Positions 31,097-41,840 of a DNA stretch of 64,000 bases are shown here, in pieces (the stretch's first letter is position 1; each line of letters begins with the position of its first letter). The notes below the pieces were generated by a model that saw nothing but the letters and a program-made list of their open reading frames with translations, ran no database searches and was not told where the DNA came from. Source of the stretch: Bacteroidales bacterium UBA4181 (lineage in GTDB: Bacteria; Bacteroidota; Bacteroidia; Bacteroidales; UBA4181); the NCBI GenBank assembly GCA_002380425.1, contig DFUR01000106.1, forward strand, positions 28,517-92,516, given 5' to 3'. Both the position numbers and the translations under genes were made by a program.

Positions 31097-32061
31097 ACCC
31101 TACAAACCTAATCGAACTCTGCCGCGACAAGGCACTCCGCAACCTCCCGCTCACCCGGGACGAAGCCATAGCGCTCACTCTGGAGCCAGACAAAGCTGCC
31201 CTGTACGCAGCAGCCAACAGCATCCGGGAGCATTACTCAGGACGCAAACTGGACCTGTGTACCATTATGAACGCCCGTTCCGGACGATGCAAAGAAGATT
31301 GTGCCTGGTGTGCTCAGTCGGCCCGCCACAAAACTCAGATCGACACCTATGCTATGATAGACCCGCAGGACGCCATCAGACAGGCTCGGGCCAATGAAAA
31401 AGCCGGGGCTGCCAAATTTTCGTTTGTCACCAGCGGGCGGGCCCTGCCAGAAGCCCCTTTGAAGGCTTTATGCCGGGTGTACCGGAAAATTGGGCGTGAA
31501 ACCGGTCTCACTCTGTGCGCCTCCATGGGTTTGCTGAACGCATCCCAACTTGGCATGCTGGCCCGTGCCGGAGTCAAAAACTATCACTGCAATCTGGAAA
31601 CGGCACCCTCATACTTTGGTGGCCTCTGCACCACCCACACCCCAGAGGAAAAGATGGCCACCCTGCAGGCTGCACGCGAAGCCGGGATGCAACTGTGTTC
31701 GGGAGGAATCATCGGGATGGGCGAATCCATGGAACATCGTGTGGAACTGGCCATGACGCTACGCGCGCTGGAAGTTTCATCCATACCCATCAACCTGCTG
31801 CATCCCGTTCCAGGTACCCGACTCGAAGGGATGCCGCCCCTGAGCGACGAAGAGATTCTGACCACTATTGCCATGTTCCGGTTTGTCTGTCCGCAAGCCT
31901 GGATCAGATTTGCCGGAGGCAGAATACTGATGAAGCATCTGGAACAACAAGCCCTGAATGCCGGTATCAATGCGGCACTGATCGGGGACTTGCTGACCAC
32001 CGTGGGATGCAATATGGATGAAGATGTGACACACTTCAGACAGTGGGGCTATGAATGCTGA
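31093..32061 (+). CDS. bioB: Biotin synthase (radical SAM)
   Basis: [47 protein letters not shown] and IRFAGGR motifs. Confidence 0.96.
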   Translation: MNPTNLIELCRDKALRNLPLTRDEAIALTLEPDKAALYAAANSIREHYSGRKLDLCTIMNARSGRCKEDCAWCAQSARHKTQIDTYAMIDPQDAIRQARANEKAGAAKFSFVTSGRALPEAPLKALCRVYRKIGRETGLTLCASMGLLNASQLGMLARAGVKNYHCNLETAPSYFGGLCTTHTPEEKMATLQAAREAGMQLCSGGIIGMGESMEHRVELAMTLRALEVSSIPINLLHPVPGTRLEGMPPLSDEEILTTIAMFRFVCPQAWIRFAGGRILMKHLEQQALNAGINAALIGDLLTTVGCNMDEDVTHFRQWGYEC

Positions 32062-33364
32062 ACTCCTGACAGCGGACAGACACACCGAAACTGCTCAGAT
32101 ATTAGACTTTGACCGGTCACACCTGTGGCACCCCTACACATCGGCATCACATCCCGCACCTGTACTCCCGGTCTCCAGAGCCCAGGGTGTCTGGCTTGAA
32201 CTGCAGGACGGCACCCGACTCATTGACGGCATGTCTTCGTGGTGGGCGTGCATTCATGGCTACAACCACCCAGCCATTAACCGAGCCATCGAGGAGCAAC
32301 TCCATCAAATGGCGCACGTCATGTTTGGGGGGCTCACCCACACCCCCGCTGTGGAGCTGGGGAAACGGCTGCTCCGCATCGTTCCGCAGGAACTCAAACG
32401 GATTTTTTACTGTGATTCAGGCTCTGTTGCGGTGGAAGTAGCTCTCAAAATGGCCCTTCAATACCAACAGGCTCTGGGAGCAAGAGAAAAAAAGCACTTC
32501 GCAACCATCCGGGGAGGCTACCATGGGGACACATGGCATGCCATGTCGGTGTGTGACCCGATAACTGGTATGCACAACCTCTACTCAGGAGTGCTCCCCG
32601 AACAGTTCTTTGTTCCAGCTCCCCGCATAAGATTTGGACAAGAATGGGACCCCGAAGATTTTCGTCCCATGGCCCGGCTGCTGGAGGAACACCATCATGA
32701 ACTGGCCGCTGTGATTGTGGAGCCCATCGTTCAGGGAGCCGGTGGCATGCGTTTCTATCACCCTCAATATCTGGCTGCGCTGGCCGATAGGTGCAGGAGC
32801 ACCGGGGTACTGCTGATTCTGGACGAAATTGCCACCGGCTTTGGTCGCACCGGCGAATGGTTTGCCTGCCGCCACGCCGGGGTGGGAGCCGACATTATGT
32901 GTATCGGCAAGGCCATCACAGGAGGGTATCTGAGTTTTGCCGCCACTTTGTGTACCGACTCTGTTGCAAAAACCATCTCGGACGGACCCGCCGGGTGTTT
33001 TATGCACGGGCCAACCTTCATGGCCAATCCTCTGGCATGTGCCGCAGCCTGTGCTTCTATTGATTTGTTGCACGAACAGCCCTGGCAGCAAAGAATCCGG
33101 TCCATGGAGCAACAGATGAAACTTGAACTGAATCCGGCCACCGCGTTGCCCCATGTGGCCGATGTCAGGATTCTGGGGGCAATCGGAGTGGTGGAACTGC
33201 ACCACCCGGTGGACATGGGCGCCATCCAATACCTCTGTCTGTCTCAGGGCATCTGGATCAGGCCCTTTGGAAAACTTGTGTACATCATGCCCCCCTACAT
33301 CATCACCCCCGACGAGTTGTCCCGGCTCACCACCGGTCTGCGGAACATACTCTCGTGCCTGTAA
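32051..33364 (+). CDS. bioA: Adenosylmethionine-8-amino-7-oxononanoate aminotransferase
   Basis: [51 protein letters not shown] and HGPTFMANP motifs. Confidence 0.97.
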   Translation: MNAELLTADRHTETAQILDFDRSHLWHPYTSASHPAPVLPVSRAQGVWLELQDGTRLIDGMSSWWACIHGYNHPAINRAIEEQLHQMAHVMFGGLTHTPAVELGKRLLRIVPQELKRIFYCDSGSVAVEVALKMALQYQQALGAREKKHFATIRGGYHGDTWHAMSVCDPITGMHNLYSGVLPEQFFVPAPRIRFGQEWDPEDFRPMARLLEEHHHELAAVIVEPIVQGAGGMRFYHPQYLAALADRCRSTGVLLILDEIATGFGRTGEWFACRHAGVGADIMCIGKAITGGYLSFAATLCTDSVAKTISDGPAGCFMHGPTFMANPLACAAACASIDLLHEQPWQQRIRSMEQQMKLELNPATALPHVADVRILGAIGVVELHHPVDMGAIQYLCLSQGIWIRPFGKLVYIMPPYIITPDELSRLTTGLRNILSCL

Positions 33365-33375
33365 ACATAACGACC

Positions 33376-34548
33376 ATGGTCAACCGATACCGTGCACAAC
33401 TAAACCAATGGAAGCAACAAGGCAGGCTACGCACACTGCCCAAGCCACTTGCACCCGGGAGAATGCATGAACAGGCCGAAAGTCCTGCGTGCATCCTATG
33501 CTCCAATGACTATCTGGGCATCGGGAGCAACCCGGCATTTTGGAAAGCATTTTTGGAACAGGAATACACCCTGCTCCAAACGGATTCCTACGGGTTTGCA
33601 GGTGGTGCCTGCTCTTCCAGGCTCCTCACCGGCAACGACACTGTTTGCGAAGAAATTGAGGCTTTCCTCGTTCATGCCTTTCGAATGGAGGCTGCTCTGG
33701 TGCTGAACAGCGGATACCATGCCAATATCGGGATCCTGCCCGCCCTCACCACCCGGAAGGACCTGATTGTAGCCGACAAGCTGGTACACGCCAGCCTGAT
33801 TGACGGGATGAGGCTGTCTCAGGCCACTGTCCTGAGGTATCCTCATCTGGACATGCAGACTCTGGAGCACCTGTTGCAGCGGGAGAGGCACAAATATGAC
33901 CAGGTCTTTCTGGTAACTGAATCCCTGTTCAGCATGGACGGGGATATTGCCGACCTGAAAGCCCTCGTAGCGTTAAAACATCAATACCAGTGCATGCTGT
34001 ATGTGGATGAGGCCCATTCGTTCGGGGTTCGGGGCCCGGGCGGGCTGGGATGTGCCCAGGAGCAGGACGTTCTCCACGAAGTGGACTTATTGCTCGGAAC
34101 GTTCGGCAAAGCTGCAGCATCACAGGGAGCCTTTGTAATGACCCGTTCTGAGATTCGGGACTATCTGGTAAACACCATGCGCCCGTTGATTTTCACCACC
34201 GCCCTGCCCCCCTGGTCCCTCCGCTGGACGCGTTATGTGCTCGGGCTTATTGGTTCCATGTCCGATGAGCGGGCACATCTGGCCCATTCCGCAGACATGC
34301 TCCGGGAGCAATTAGCCCAAACGGGACTTGAGACCTCCGGGAATAGCCACATCATTCCCATCTTCATCAGAGATGCCCATAAGGCCATCCTCTGCTCAGA
34401 ACAACTGCGCGCGCAAGGATTCCATGTATTGCCCATACGTCCCCCGACAGTGCCCGAAGGCACAGAAAGGCTTCGCATCTCGCTCACCGCAGCCCACAAG
34501 GAAGCCCAAATCAACTCATTCGCCCAGGCATGCAGGAACATTGGATAA
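33376..34548 (+). CDS. bioF: 8-amino-7-oxononanoate synthase
   Basis: SNDYLG, SRLLTGN, SGYHAN, HASLIDG, ESLFSMDGD, VDEAH, GTFGK and IRPPTVP motifs; alternative GTG start at 33355. Confidence 0.95.
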   Translation: MVNRYRAQLNQWKQQGRLRTLPKPLAPGRMHEQAESPACILCSNDYLGIGSNPAFWKAFLEQEYTLLQTDSYGFAGGACSSRLLTGNDTVCEEIEAFLVHAFRMEAALVLNSGYHANIGILPALTTRKDLIVADKLVHASLIDGMRLSQATVLRYPHLDMQTLEHLLQRERHKYDQVFLVTESLFSMDGDIADLKALVALKHQYQCMLYVDEAHSFGVRGPGGLGCAQEQDVLHEVDLLLGTFGKAAASQGAFVMTRSEIRDYLVNTMRPLIFTTALPPWSLRWTRYVLGLIGSMSDERAHLAHSADMLREQLAQTGLETSGNSHIIPIFIRDAHKAILCSEQLRAQGFHVLPIRPPTVPEGTERLRISLTAAHKEAQINSFAQACRNIG

Positions 34549-35222
34549 ACAAAGGGAGCTCTACCCTGCTGTTGTTTTTTTCGGGATGGGGGATGGACGA
34601 ACGCCCCACCATGCATCTGGATACCGGGGACAGGGATCTGTGTACCTGTTTTGACTACCAGGACCGAAAGGTTCCGGAGTCGTGCATTCATCGCTGGTGT
34701 ACTTACCCGGAAATTGTGCTTGCTGGCTGGTCTTTGGGGGTTTGGGCCGCACAGGACATTCTCCGGGACCAAGCGGACGTATGCAGCAGGATTGTCCGAA
34801 GCGTGGCAATTAACGGAACCCTGAGCCCCGTGGACGACATGGAAGGCATCCCCCGAAATGTATTTCAGGGCACCCTGGAAGGGCTCAACGAGGCATCTCT
34901 GGACAAATTTTTCCGCAGAATGACCGGTTCGGCTCAGGATTACGAAGCTTTTGCGCTCCGGGCTCCACGGCGCAGCCTGCAGGATGTGAAGGAAGAACTC
35001 TCAGCCTTGCTGGCAGGAGTGGACGATTCAAAAGCATCGGGCATCATGGATACCTCAACGAGTCTCATCTGGGATGAGGCGTGGATCGGGAACCGGGACC
35101 GCATCTTCCCGCCCGATAATATGCGCCGTTATTGGGATGGCCGAACCCGGGTACGTGAACTTGACCTGCCCCACTACCCTTTTGGAGCATTTGATCATTG
35201 GCGGAATATACTGGGAGCATGA
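34530..35222 (+). CDS. bioG: Pimeloyl-ACP methyl ester esterase, BioG/DUF452 family
   Basis: LFFSGWGMD, GWSLGVW nucleophile elbow, AINGT, D.IFP and PHYPF motifs; operon position. Confidence 0.85.
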   Translation: MQEHWINKGSSTLLLFFSGWGMDERPTMHLDTGDRDLCTCFDYQDRKVPESCIHRWCTYPEIVLAGWSLGVWAAQDILRDQADVCSRIVRSVAINGTLSPVDDMEGIPRNVFQGTLEGLNEASLDKFFRRMTGSAQDYEAFALRAPRRSLQDVKEELSALLAGVDDSKASGIMDTSTSLIWDEAWIGNRDRIFPPDNMRRYWDGRTRVRELDLPHYPFGAFDHWRNILGA

Positions 35223-36013
35223 ACAAAGGACTGATTACAAAACGTTTCACCAGAGGGCTGGCGACCTACGAAGCGGAAGCCGGCGTTCAGGAACAGGCAG
35301 CACGTATGGTGGCTTCAAGGCTCTGTAACCATTTCCCGGAGGTCTGTCACCGTTTGCTCGAGATCGGATGCGGCACCGGGATGCTCACCCGGGAGATTGT
35401 CCGCAAGATGTCCGTGCGGAATTGGTTCCTCAACGACATCGTTCCCGAATGCGAGTCTCTGGTCCGGAAGCATTTAGCATGTTTATCCGAAAGTCAACAG
35501 GCACAAGTTCATTTTCTGAACGGGGATGCCGAGACAATCCCATTCCCTTCTGAATTGGATGCCATAACCTCGTCTTCAGCACTGCAATGGATGCACGACC
35601 TCCCGGGATTACTTGCCAAGGCACATACTGCACTCCGTCAAGGCGGCTGGTTCTGTGCCAGCAGCTTTGGACCGGAGAACCTTACGGAAGTCCGGCAACT
35701 CACCGGCATCGGCCTGCCCTACCCCGACATTTCTGCTCTCAGGGAATGGCTTCAAAAGGACTATGATGAAGTCCACATATGGGAACAAAAACGGGTGTTG
35801 TATTTTGACAGTCCCGGGGATGTGCTGGTTCATCTGCGCAAAACAGGGGTTAACGGCATACGGGCGCAACTTTGGACCCCCGCCGCACTCCGGCAGTTTA
35901 GCAAAGAATACAGTAAAATTTTTGCTCAGGATGGGCAGGTGCCCCTTACCTATCATCTGGTGTTTCTGGAAGCCCATAAGCCATCCACCCGGGGTGGATC
36001 AAACCCTGAATAA
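35219..36013 (+). CDS. bioC: Malonyl-ACP O-methyltransferase
   Basis: LEIGCGTG, GDAE, SALQW, FGPENL.E, HLRKTGVN and LTYH motifs; ATGA overlap with bioG. Confidence 0.92.
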   Translation: MNKGLITKRFTRGLATYEAEAGVQEQAARMVASRLCNHFPEVCHRLLEIGCGTGMLTREIVRKMSVRNWFLNDIVPECESLVRKHLACLSESQQAQVHFLNGDAETIPFPSELDAITSSSALQWMHDLPGLLAKAHTALRQGGWFCASSFGPENLTEVRQLTGIGLPYPDISALREWLQKDYDEVHIWEQKRVLYFDSPGDVLVHLRKTGVNGIRAQLWTPAALRQFSKEYSKIFAQDGQVPLTYHLVFLEAHKPSTRGGSNPE

Positions 36014-36018
36014 TCCGG

Positions 36019-37440
36019 CTAGAGCCCAAAACTCATGTCGAACATCTGCTGATACACCACAGCCGCAAATCCCAGCACCACCAGACCCAGTGCGCAAAGC
36101 ACAAGCCCGGTGCGCGTGACACAGCAGGTACGAAAGAAAGGAACAGGGGTGTTGTTTGAGTTAATGAACATAGCCTTGACCACCAACAGATAATAATACA
36201 GCGAAATGATGGTGTTGAGGGTGGCCAAAATCACCAGGACGTACATACCCTGCTGGGCGGCAGCAGCAAAAAGAAAGAATTTTCCAAAGAACCCAGCCAC
36301 AGGAGGAATCCCGGCCAGGGAAAACAACGACAAGGTCATTAACAGTGCCAAACGGGGGTTGGTATGGTACAATCCGTTATAGTCATCCATGCGGAGTTTT
36401 CCTGTAGCATGCTCAATGGCAGAGATTACCCCAAAGACGCCCAGATTGGAACACACATAGACCAGAATATAGTAAACCACTGAAGACATACCCAACTGAT
36501 TTCCCGCAGCCAGACCAACCAAAATGTAGCCGGCCTGCGAAATGGAAGAGAACGCGATAAAACGACGCATGTGTTGCTGACGCAGGGCAAACAGGTTACC
36601 CACCACCATGGTTACCACCGCAACCACAAACAGCATGGGTTGCCACAAAAGGGCAATTTTTGAGAACACAGTGTACAGCAAGACCAACAGCACAAAGGTC
36701 GAGGCCCCTTTGGAAACCACAGAAAGATATGAGGTCACTCCCGTCGGGGCTCCCTGGTACACATCGGCAGTCCACAGGTGGAAGGGCACCAGGGATATCT
36801 TGAAAGCCAGTCCAGAGAAAAACAACACAAAGGCCAGCATCTGTACAGGGGTTCCGGTATAAAAGGCGGCCACCCGTTCAAAATAGAGAGAGCCCGTGGC
36901 ACCGTATATGAGGGAAATCCCGTAAAGCAGAATAGCAGAGGAAACAGCCGAAGAAAGAATATACTTCATGCCCGATTCAGCCGAGTCCATCCGGAACTTG
37001 TCATAGGCAGCCGCAGCTGCGACCGGGATGGAGGCTAACTCCAGGCCGATGTACAACATCAAAAAGTTGCCCGAAGAAATCATAAAGTACATTCCCAAAA
37101 GGGTACTCATCAACAAAATATAAAACTCACTGCGGCGACGGAGGGTCAACGGGCCTGTCATCCAACTGTGGGCCTGTAGAAACACGATGAGGGTTCCCAT
37201 CGTGAGTACATTCTTCACCAAGGTAAACAAGGGTGTTGAAACATACATACCTCCAAACAGGCTACCCTGAGGCACAGGAAGCAATCCGGCCAGAGTTATC
37301 ACGGCCATCAATCCGATGGCCAGCCCCGAAAAGGACGACTCCCTTCCATGAGGACGGAAAAGATCGGCCATCAGGATAATCAGAATCCCAAGGGTCAAAA
37401 GAATCTCATGGCGCATCAACAAAAAATCTTCTATCTGCAT
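36019..37440 (-). CDS. nuoN: NADH-quinone oxidoreductase subunit N
   Basis: E...KY, FKISLVPFHLWTADVYQGAPT and SLAGIPP.AGF.GK motifs. Confidence 0.95.
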   Translation of the reverse strand: MQIEDFLLMRHEILLTLGILIILMADLFRPHGRESSFSGLAIGLMAVITLAGLLPVPQGSLFGGMYVSTPLFTLVKNVLTMGTLIVFLQAHSWMTGPLTLRRRSEFYILLMSTLLGMYFMISSGNFLMLYIGLELASIPVAAAAAYDKFRMDSAESGMKYILSSAVSSAILLYGISLIYGATGSLYFERVAAFYTGTPVQMLAFVLFFSGLAFKISLVPFHLWTADVYQGAPTGVTSYLSVVSKGASTFVLLVLLYTVFSKIALLWQPMLFVVAVVTMVVGNLFALRQQHMRRFIAFSSISQAGYILVGLAAGNQLGMSSVVYYILVYVCSNLGVFGVISAIEHATGKLRMDDYNGLYHTNPRLALLMTLSLFSLAGIPPVAGFFGKFFLFAAAAQQGMYVLVILATLNTIISLYYYLLVVKAMFINSNNTPVPFFRTCCVTRTGLVLCALGLVVLGFAAVVYQQMFDMSFGL

Positions 37441-37459
37441 CTGAGTGATATATATACAA

Positions 37460-38956
37460 TTACAAAAGAGAAATCAGGCGCGAAACAACGGGGGCCAGGC
37501 TGTCTCCAATCATGGATGAGAGCCACAGCGGGAACAGGCCAATCCCGGCAATGGCCGTGATCAAAATCAGGGTGGAGGAACGTTCGAACCAGGAAGCATC
37601 CTTAAACTCCGCGAAATGGGGATTTCGGACCGAGCCGTAGAGTAGCGTTCCCACAACCCGGAGAATGTACACAGCCGTTATGACTATGGAACAGCACGCG
37701 GCGATGGTCAACACCCGGTGAAAAGTATCGGCATGCTGGAAGGCACCGAAAAATATGGTCATTTCGGCCACGAAACCACTCAGGCCCGGCAATCCGAGCG
37801 AAGCAAGACCGGCGATGACATAGCACACCGAAAGGAAGGGAATCACCTTCATCAGGCCACCCATCTCGTAGATATTCCGGGTGTGGGTACGGCCATAGAT
37901 CATGCCAATAAGGGCAAAGAACAGGGCCGTCATCAAACCGTGTGAGATCATCTGCAAAATCGCCCCGTTCATTGCGGTCTGGTTCAGCATCAGCAACGCA
38001 AAAAGCACCAGGCCACAGTGGCTCACAGAGGAGTACGCATTGATGTATTTCAGGTCCTTCTGCACAATGGCTCCAAAGGCCCCGTACACCACACTCACCC
38101 CCGTCAGGATCAGAAAGATCCACGCCAACTCATGAGCGCCCTCAGGCATCAGGAAAATGGCTACCCGGAAGCAACCATACCCTCCGAGCTTCATCAGCAC
38201 ACCCGCGTGGAGCATGGACACTGCAGTCGGAGCAGAAGCATGGCCGTCAGGGGACCATGTGTGAAAGGGAAACAAGGCCCCCAGCACCCCGAAACCCAGG
38301 AAGGTCAGCGGGAAAATCCACCGCTGGGCTTCCAGAGGAATATGCATTTTCGAGAGTTCCAGTATGTTCATGCTTTGTCCCAGTCCGTTGCCCGATGAGA
38401 AATATATGGCCAGAATACCTACCAGCAGCAGTGCAGAACCACCCATGAGCATCAGGGTGAGTTTCATCGCAGAGTATTCCTTGGGACCGCTGCCCCAGAT
38501 ACCAATGAGCAGATACATGGGAATCACGGCTAGCTCATAGAACAAGAACATGGTGAAGAGGTCTATCGAGATGAAGAAGCCAAAGACTCCGGTAGCAAGC
38601 AAGATCAGGGAAACGAAGAATTCCCGGGTGAGCGGTTCGAGCTTCCACGAAGCGAACACTCCTGCCATCACCACAATCGCTGTCAGCAGAATCATGGCCA
38701 CCGAAACCCCATCCACTCCAACAGTATAATGAATATTGAGCGGAGCATACCAAACGGTATCATGCACCAGGATCATCTCATCCATATTTCCGGCACGGCG
38801 TTCAGCCAGATAAAACAACACCAGCCCCACAGAAAGTATAAACTGGAGTACCGATCCCACAGCAGCCGTCACGCGGACCTGCGCGGCATTGCGCACAAGC
38901 ACCATGGCTACAATGGTCAGAACCGGGACAAGGACAAACAGAGATAAAACATTCAT
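37460..38956 (-). CDS. nuoM: NADH-quinone oxidoreductase subunit M
   Basis: GVDGVS, FYE...IPMY, PFHTWSPDGH..APT and LMKLGGYG motifs. Confidence 0.95.
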   Translation of the reverse strand: MNVLSLFVLVPVLTIVAMVLVRNAAQVRVTAAVGSVLQFILSVGLVLFYLAERRAGNMDEMILVHDTVWYAPLNIHYTVGVDGVSVAMILLTAIVVMAGVFASWKLEPLTREFFVSLILLATGVFGFFISIDLFTMFLFYELAVIPMYLLIGIWGSGPKEYSAMKLTLMLMGGSALLLVGILAIYFSSGNGLGQSMNILELSKMHIPLEAQRWIFPLTFLGFGVLGALFPFHTWSPDGHASAPTAVSMLHAGVLMKLGGYGCFRVAIFLMPEGAHELAWIFLILTGVSVVYGAFGAIVQKDLKYINAYSSVSHCGLVLFALLMLNQTAMNGAILQMISHGLMTALFFALIGMIYGRTHTRNIYEMGGLMKVIPFLSVCYVIAGLASLGLPGLSGFVAEMTIFFGAFQHADTFHRVLTIAACCSIVITAVYILRVVGTLLYGSVRNPHFAEFKDASWFERSSTLILITAIAGIGLFPLWLSSMIGDSLAPVVSRLISLL

Positions 38957-38968
38957 ATCAGAGAATAT

Positions 38969-40885
38969 CTATAACGTAACAAACAGTAACATATAGGCCG
39001 AAAGGAGCACTGCACCGAGCACAAAAACAAAGACATAGCCCTGAATATGGCCCGACTGCAACCCCCTGATGAGGAAGGAAGAACGCTGAGCCAGGTACGC
39101 CAGCAAATTCATGAACCCATCCACAATGTGGCGGTCAAACCAGGCAACAGGGGAAGAAACCTTGTTGAAGAGAATACGCTTGGTGATGAACATATACAAC
39201 TCATCAAAGTAAAACTTGCGACTCGCCCAGCGATACAACGGGCCAAAAAACGCAGCCACGCGATCGGGGAGGGTTTTCTCACTCTTGTACATCAGCGTTG
39301 CCACCAAAATTCCGGTGAGTCCGATCAGGACAGCCGGGACAGCGACCACCCATTCAGTGTGTATCTCAAATGGCTGCCCATCAGAGGTTACCAACTGCGC
39401 AAAAGGTATAAAACCAGCAAAAATCGTTGCTGCGGCCAGAATCATCAGCGGCAGGGACATTGAAAGTGGTGCTTCATGCGGGGGATGCGGATATTCTCTG
39501 CGCACGCCCCAGAAGATATTGTAGTACAGGCGAAACATATAGAACGCCGTGATGCCTGACACTGCGTATGCCACGAAGAACAACAACTTGTTGCTGTGAA
39601 AGGCCGCCACCAGAATCTCATCCTTGCTGAAAAAGCCCGATAAAGGGGGAATCCCGGCAATTGCCAGACAGGCCAGCAGAAACGTGATGTGGGTGATGGG
39701 AAGATGTTTTCTGAGCCCGCCCATATCCGTCATAAAATTACTGTGAACGGCATGGATGATGGCGCCCGCACCAAGGAAGAGAAGCGCCTTGAACATGGCA
39801 TGGGTGAACAGATGGAACATAGAAGCCATAAAACCCAGGCCATCATGTCCTCCGTAACCCGAAACCCCAAGGGCCAGCATCATGTATCCCAACTGGGACA
39901 TGGTAGAGAACGCCAGCACCCGCTTGATGTCATTCTGCGTACAGGCAATCACGGCCGCAAAAAGTGCCGTAAAACCGCCTGTGTACGCTACCACCATCAA
40001 AGCATCAGGAGCAGCCAGCACATACACCGGGAACAGACGGGCCACCAGATACACCCCAGCCACTACCATTGTAGCAGCGTGAATCAGGGCGGAAACGGGA
40101 GTAGGTCCTTCCATGGCATCGGGCAACCAGATGTGCAGAGGGAACATGGCCGATTTACCGGCTCCACCCATAAAAATCAGCACCAGCGCCCAAGTCAGCA
40201 CAGACACTCCCAGGAAGGTAGCACCCACAGGATGTCCAATCACCGGCCCTTCCAGGCTGGTCAGGGTGATAAAATCAAAGGTCTGGGCATAGTAGGAAAG
40301 CACCAGAATTCCGATAAGGAAGCCCAGATCGGCAAACCGGGTGACAATAAAAGCCTTCTTGGAAGCCAGGATGGCTGAAGGCTTCTCATAATAAAAACCA
40401 ATAAGCAGATAGGAGGACACCCCCACCAGCTCCCAGAAAATATACATCTGGAAGATGTTGGTTGCCACCACCAATCCCATCATGGAGAAGGTGAACAAAG
40501 AAAGAAATGCGTAAAACCGCTGGAATCCCCTTTCCCCATGCATATACCCATTGCTGTACAGGTGTACGGCAAAGGACACCGTGGAAACCACCACCAGCAT
40601 CATAGCCGAAATCGGGTCCAGTAAAAATCCCAGTTTTACTTGCAACTGGTCCGTGAAATGGAGCCAGTCGAAGGAAAAGAGCACCTCCGGCTGGAGTCCG
40701 CCCTCGCGTGAGGGCCCAAAGAAATAGACCGCAGCCACCGTATAGGAGAGCAGTGCCACCACACCCAGCCCCGCAGTTCCCAATATTCCGGCAGTAGCCG
40801 GCTTGAGTTTATGTCCCGCCAGGCCCAGAAATAAGAACATCATCAGGGGCAAAGCGAGAATCCATATAGCAAGAGAAAAAATCAT
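38969..40885 (-). CDS. nuoL: NADH-quinone oxidoreductase subunit L
   Basis: WELVG.SSYLLIGF, GKSAMFPLHIWLPDAMEGPTPVSALIHAATMV and HAMFKALLFL motifs. Confidence 0.96.
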   Translation of the reverse strand: MIFSLAIWILALPLMMFLFLGLAGHKLKPATAGILGTAGLGVVALLSYTVAAVYFFGPSREGGLQPEVLFSFDWLHFTDQLQVKLGFLLDPISAMMLVVVSTVSFAVHLYSNGYMHGERGFQRFYAFLSLFTFSMMGLVVATNIFQMYIFWELVGVSSYLLIGFYYEKPSAILASKKAFIVTRFADLGFLIGILVLSYYAQTFDFITLTSLEGPVIGHPVGATFLGVSVLTWALVLIFMGGAGKSAMFPLHIWLPDAMEGPTPVSALIHAATMVVAGVYLVARLFPVYVLAAPDALMVVAYTGGFTALFAAVIACTQNDIKRVLAFSTMSQLGYMMLALGVSGYGGHDGLGFMASMFHLFTHAMFKALLFLGAGAIIHAVHSNFMTDMGGLRKHLPITHITFLLACLAIAGIPPLSGFFSKDEILVAAFHSNKLLFFVAYAVSGITAFYMFRLYYNIFWGVRREYPHPPHEAPLSMSLPLMILAAATIFAGFIPFAQLVTSDGQPFEIHTEWVVAVPAVLIGLTGILVATLMYKSEKTLPDRVAAFFGPLYRWASRKFYFDELYMFITKRILFNKVSSPVAWFDRHIVDGFMNLLAYLAQRSSFLIRGLQSGHIQGYVFVFVLGAVLLSAYMLLFVTL

Positions 40886-40908
40886 ATCTGGTAAATTGTC
40901 GTCCGTGA

Positions 40909-41220
40909 TTAATGTTTCATTTCGGCTACATCATCGGCTTCAATGCTGCGAATTTTGCGATACACATTGATAATGATCGCAATAGCCACCGAAGTCTCAG
41001 CAGCTGCAATCGCAATGGCAAAAAGGGCAAAGAAGAATCCTTCAAAATAATCGGGATATAGAAATCGGTTAAACACCACAAAATTGATATTCACCGCATT
41101 GAGCATCAGCTCTACAGCCATCAGCAGGGTAATCATGTTCCGTCGGATTATGAAACCGAACACCCCAATGAAGAACATCGCAGCACTGAGCATCAGGAAA
41201 AAATGTACTGGCACGTCCAT
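40909..41220 (-). CDS. nuoK: NADH-quinone oxidoreductase subunit K
   Basis: RRN....LM..ELMLN and AAAE motifs. Confidence 0.95.
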   Translation of the reverse strand: MDVPVHFFLMLSAAMFFIGVFGFIIRRNMITLLMAVELMLNAVNINFVVFNRFLYPDYFEGFFFALFAIAIAAAETSVAIAIIINVYRKIRSIEADDVAEMKH

Positions 41221-41222
41221 GG

Positions 41223-41840
41223 CTATTCGGTTTTATCAGGTTGTGAAGCCTCAGGCTCCCGGCTTTTCCGGGCTACTACAATGGCTCCGATCATACAAGC
41301 CAGCAACAGGATACTGATCACTTCAAAGGGCAGCACGTATCCGTGCACGTCCTGACCCAGCAGGGCATTGCCCACTTGCTGCATATCGGGGGCGGGGGCG
41401 GCCACCCCCTTGGGGAAAACTGTCAGCACCAGCACACAAATGGTCAGCAACAGTCCGGAACCAGCGGCAACCAAACCACCCAGCACCCTCCATACCGGGG
41501 GTGGGTCAAAGCGATAGGAAATATGACTGGTGAGCAGGATGGAAAACACAATCACCACCAGAATCCCGCCTGCATAGACAGTGAGCTGCACTGCAGCGAG
41601 AAACTCATATTCAAGCAGCAGATACAAACCCGCTGTCGCCAGTAGCGTGAAGAACAGAAAGGTAGCTGCACGCAGGATTCTCCGGGAGGTAACCGTTAGA
41701 ACGGAACCCAACAGAATCACTCCTGCAAGGGCCATGAAAATCCACTTGGACCAGGTAGGACGGGTTAGGTCAGCACTGGCAAAGATCTCTGAAACAGAGT
41801 TCATCATGGCGGTCATAAAAGATTGGATGGTTTCCATCAT
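41223..41840 (-). CDS. nuoJ: NADH-quinone oxidoreductase subunit J
   Basis: FLAAVQ..VYAGGI.V and YVLPFE.IS.LLL motifs. Confidence 0.92.
   Translation of the reverse strand: MMETIQSFMTAMMNSVSEIFASADLTRPTWSKWIFMALAGVILLGSVLTVTSRRILRAATFLFFTLLATAGLYLLLEYEFLAAVQLTVYAGGILVVIVFSILLTSHISYRFDPPPVWRVLGGLVAAGSGLLLTICVLVLTVFPKGVAAPAPDMQQVGNALLGQDVHGYVLPFEVISILLLACMIGAIVVARKSREPEASQPDKTE

Noticed and set aside
33360-33390. TGTAAAC half-site resembling a BirA operator between bioA and bioF
   Set aside because: No matching inverted half-site, and it is inside the operon rather than at the promoter
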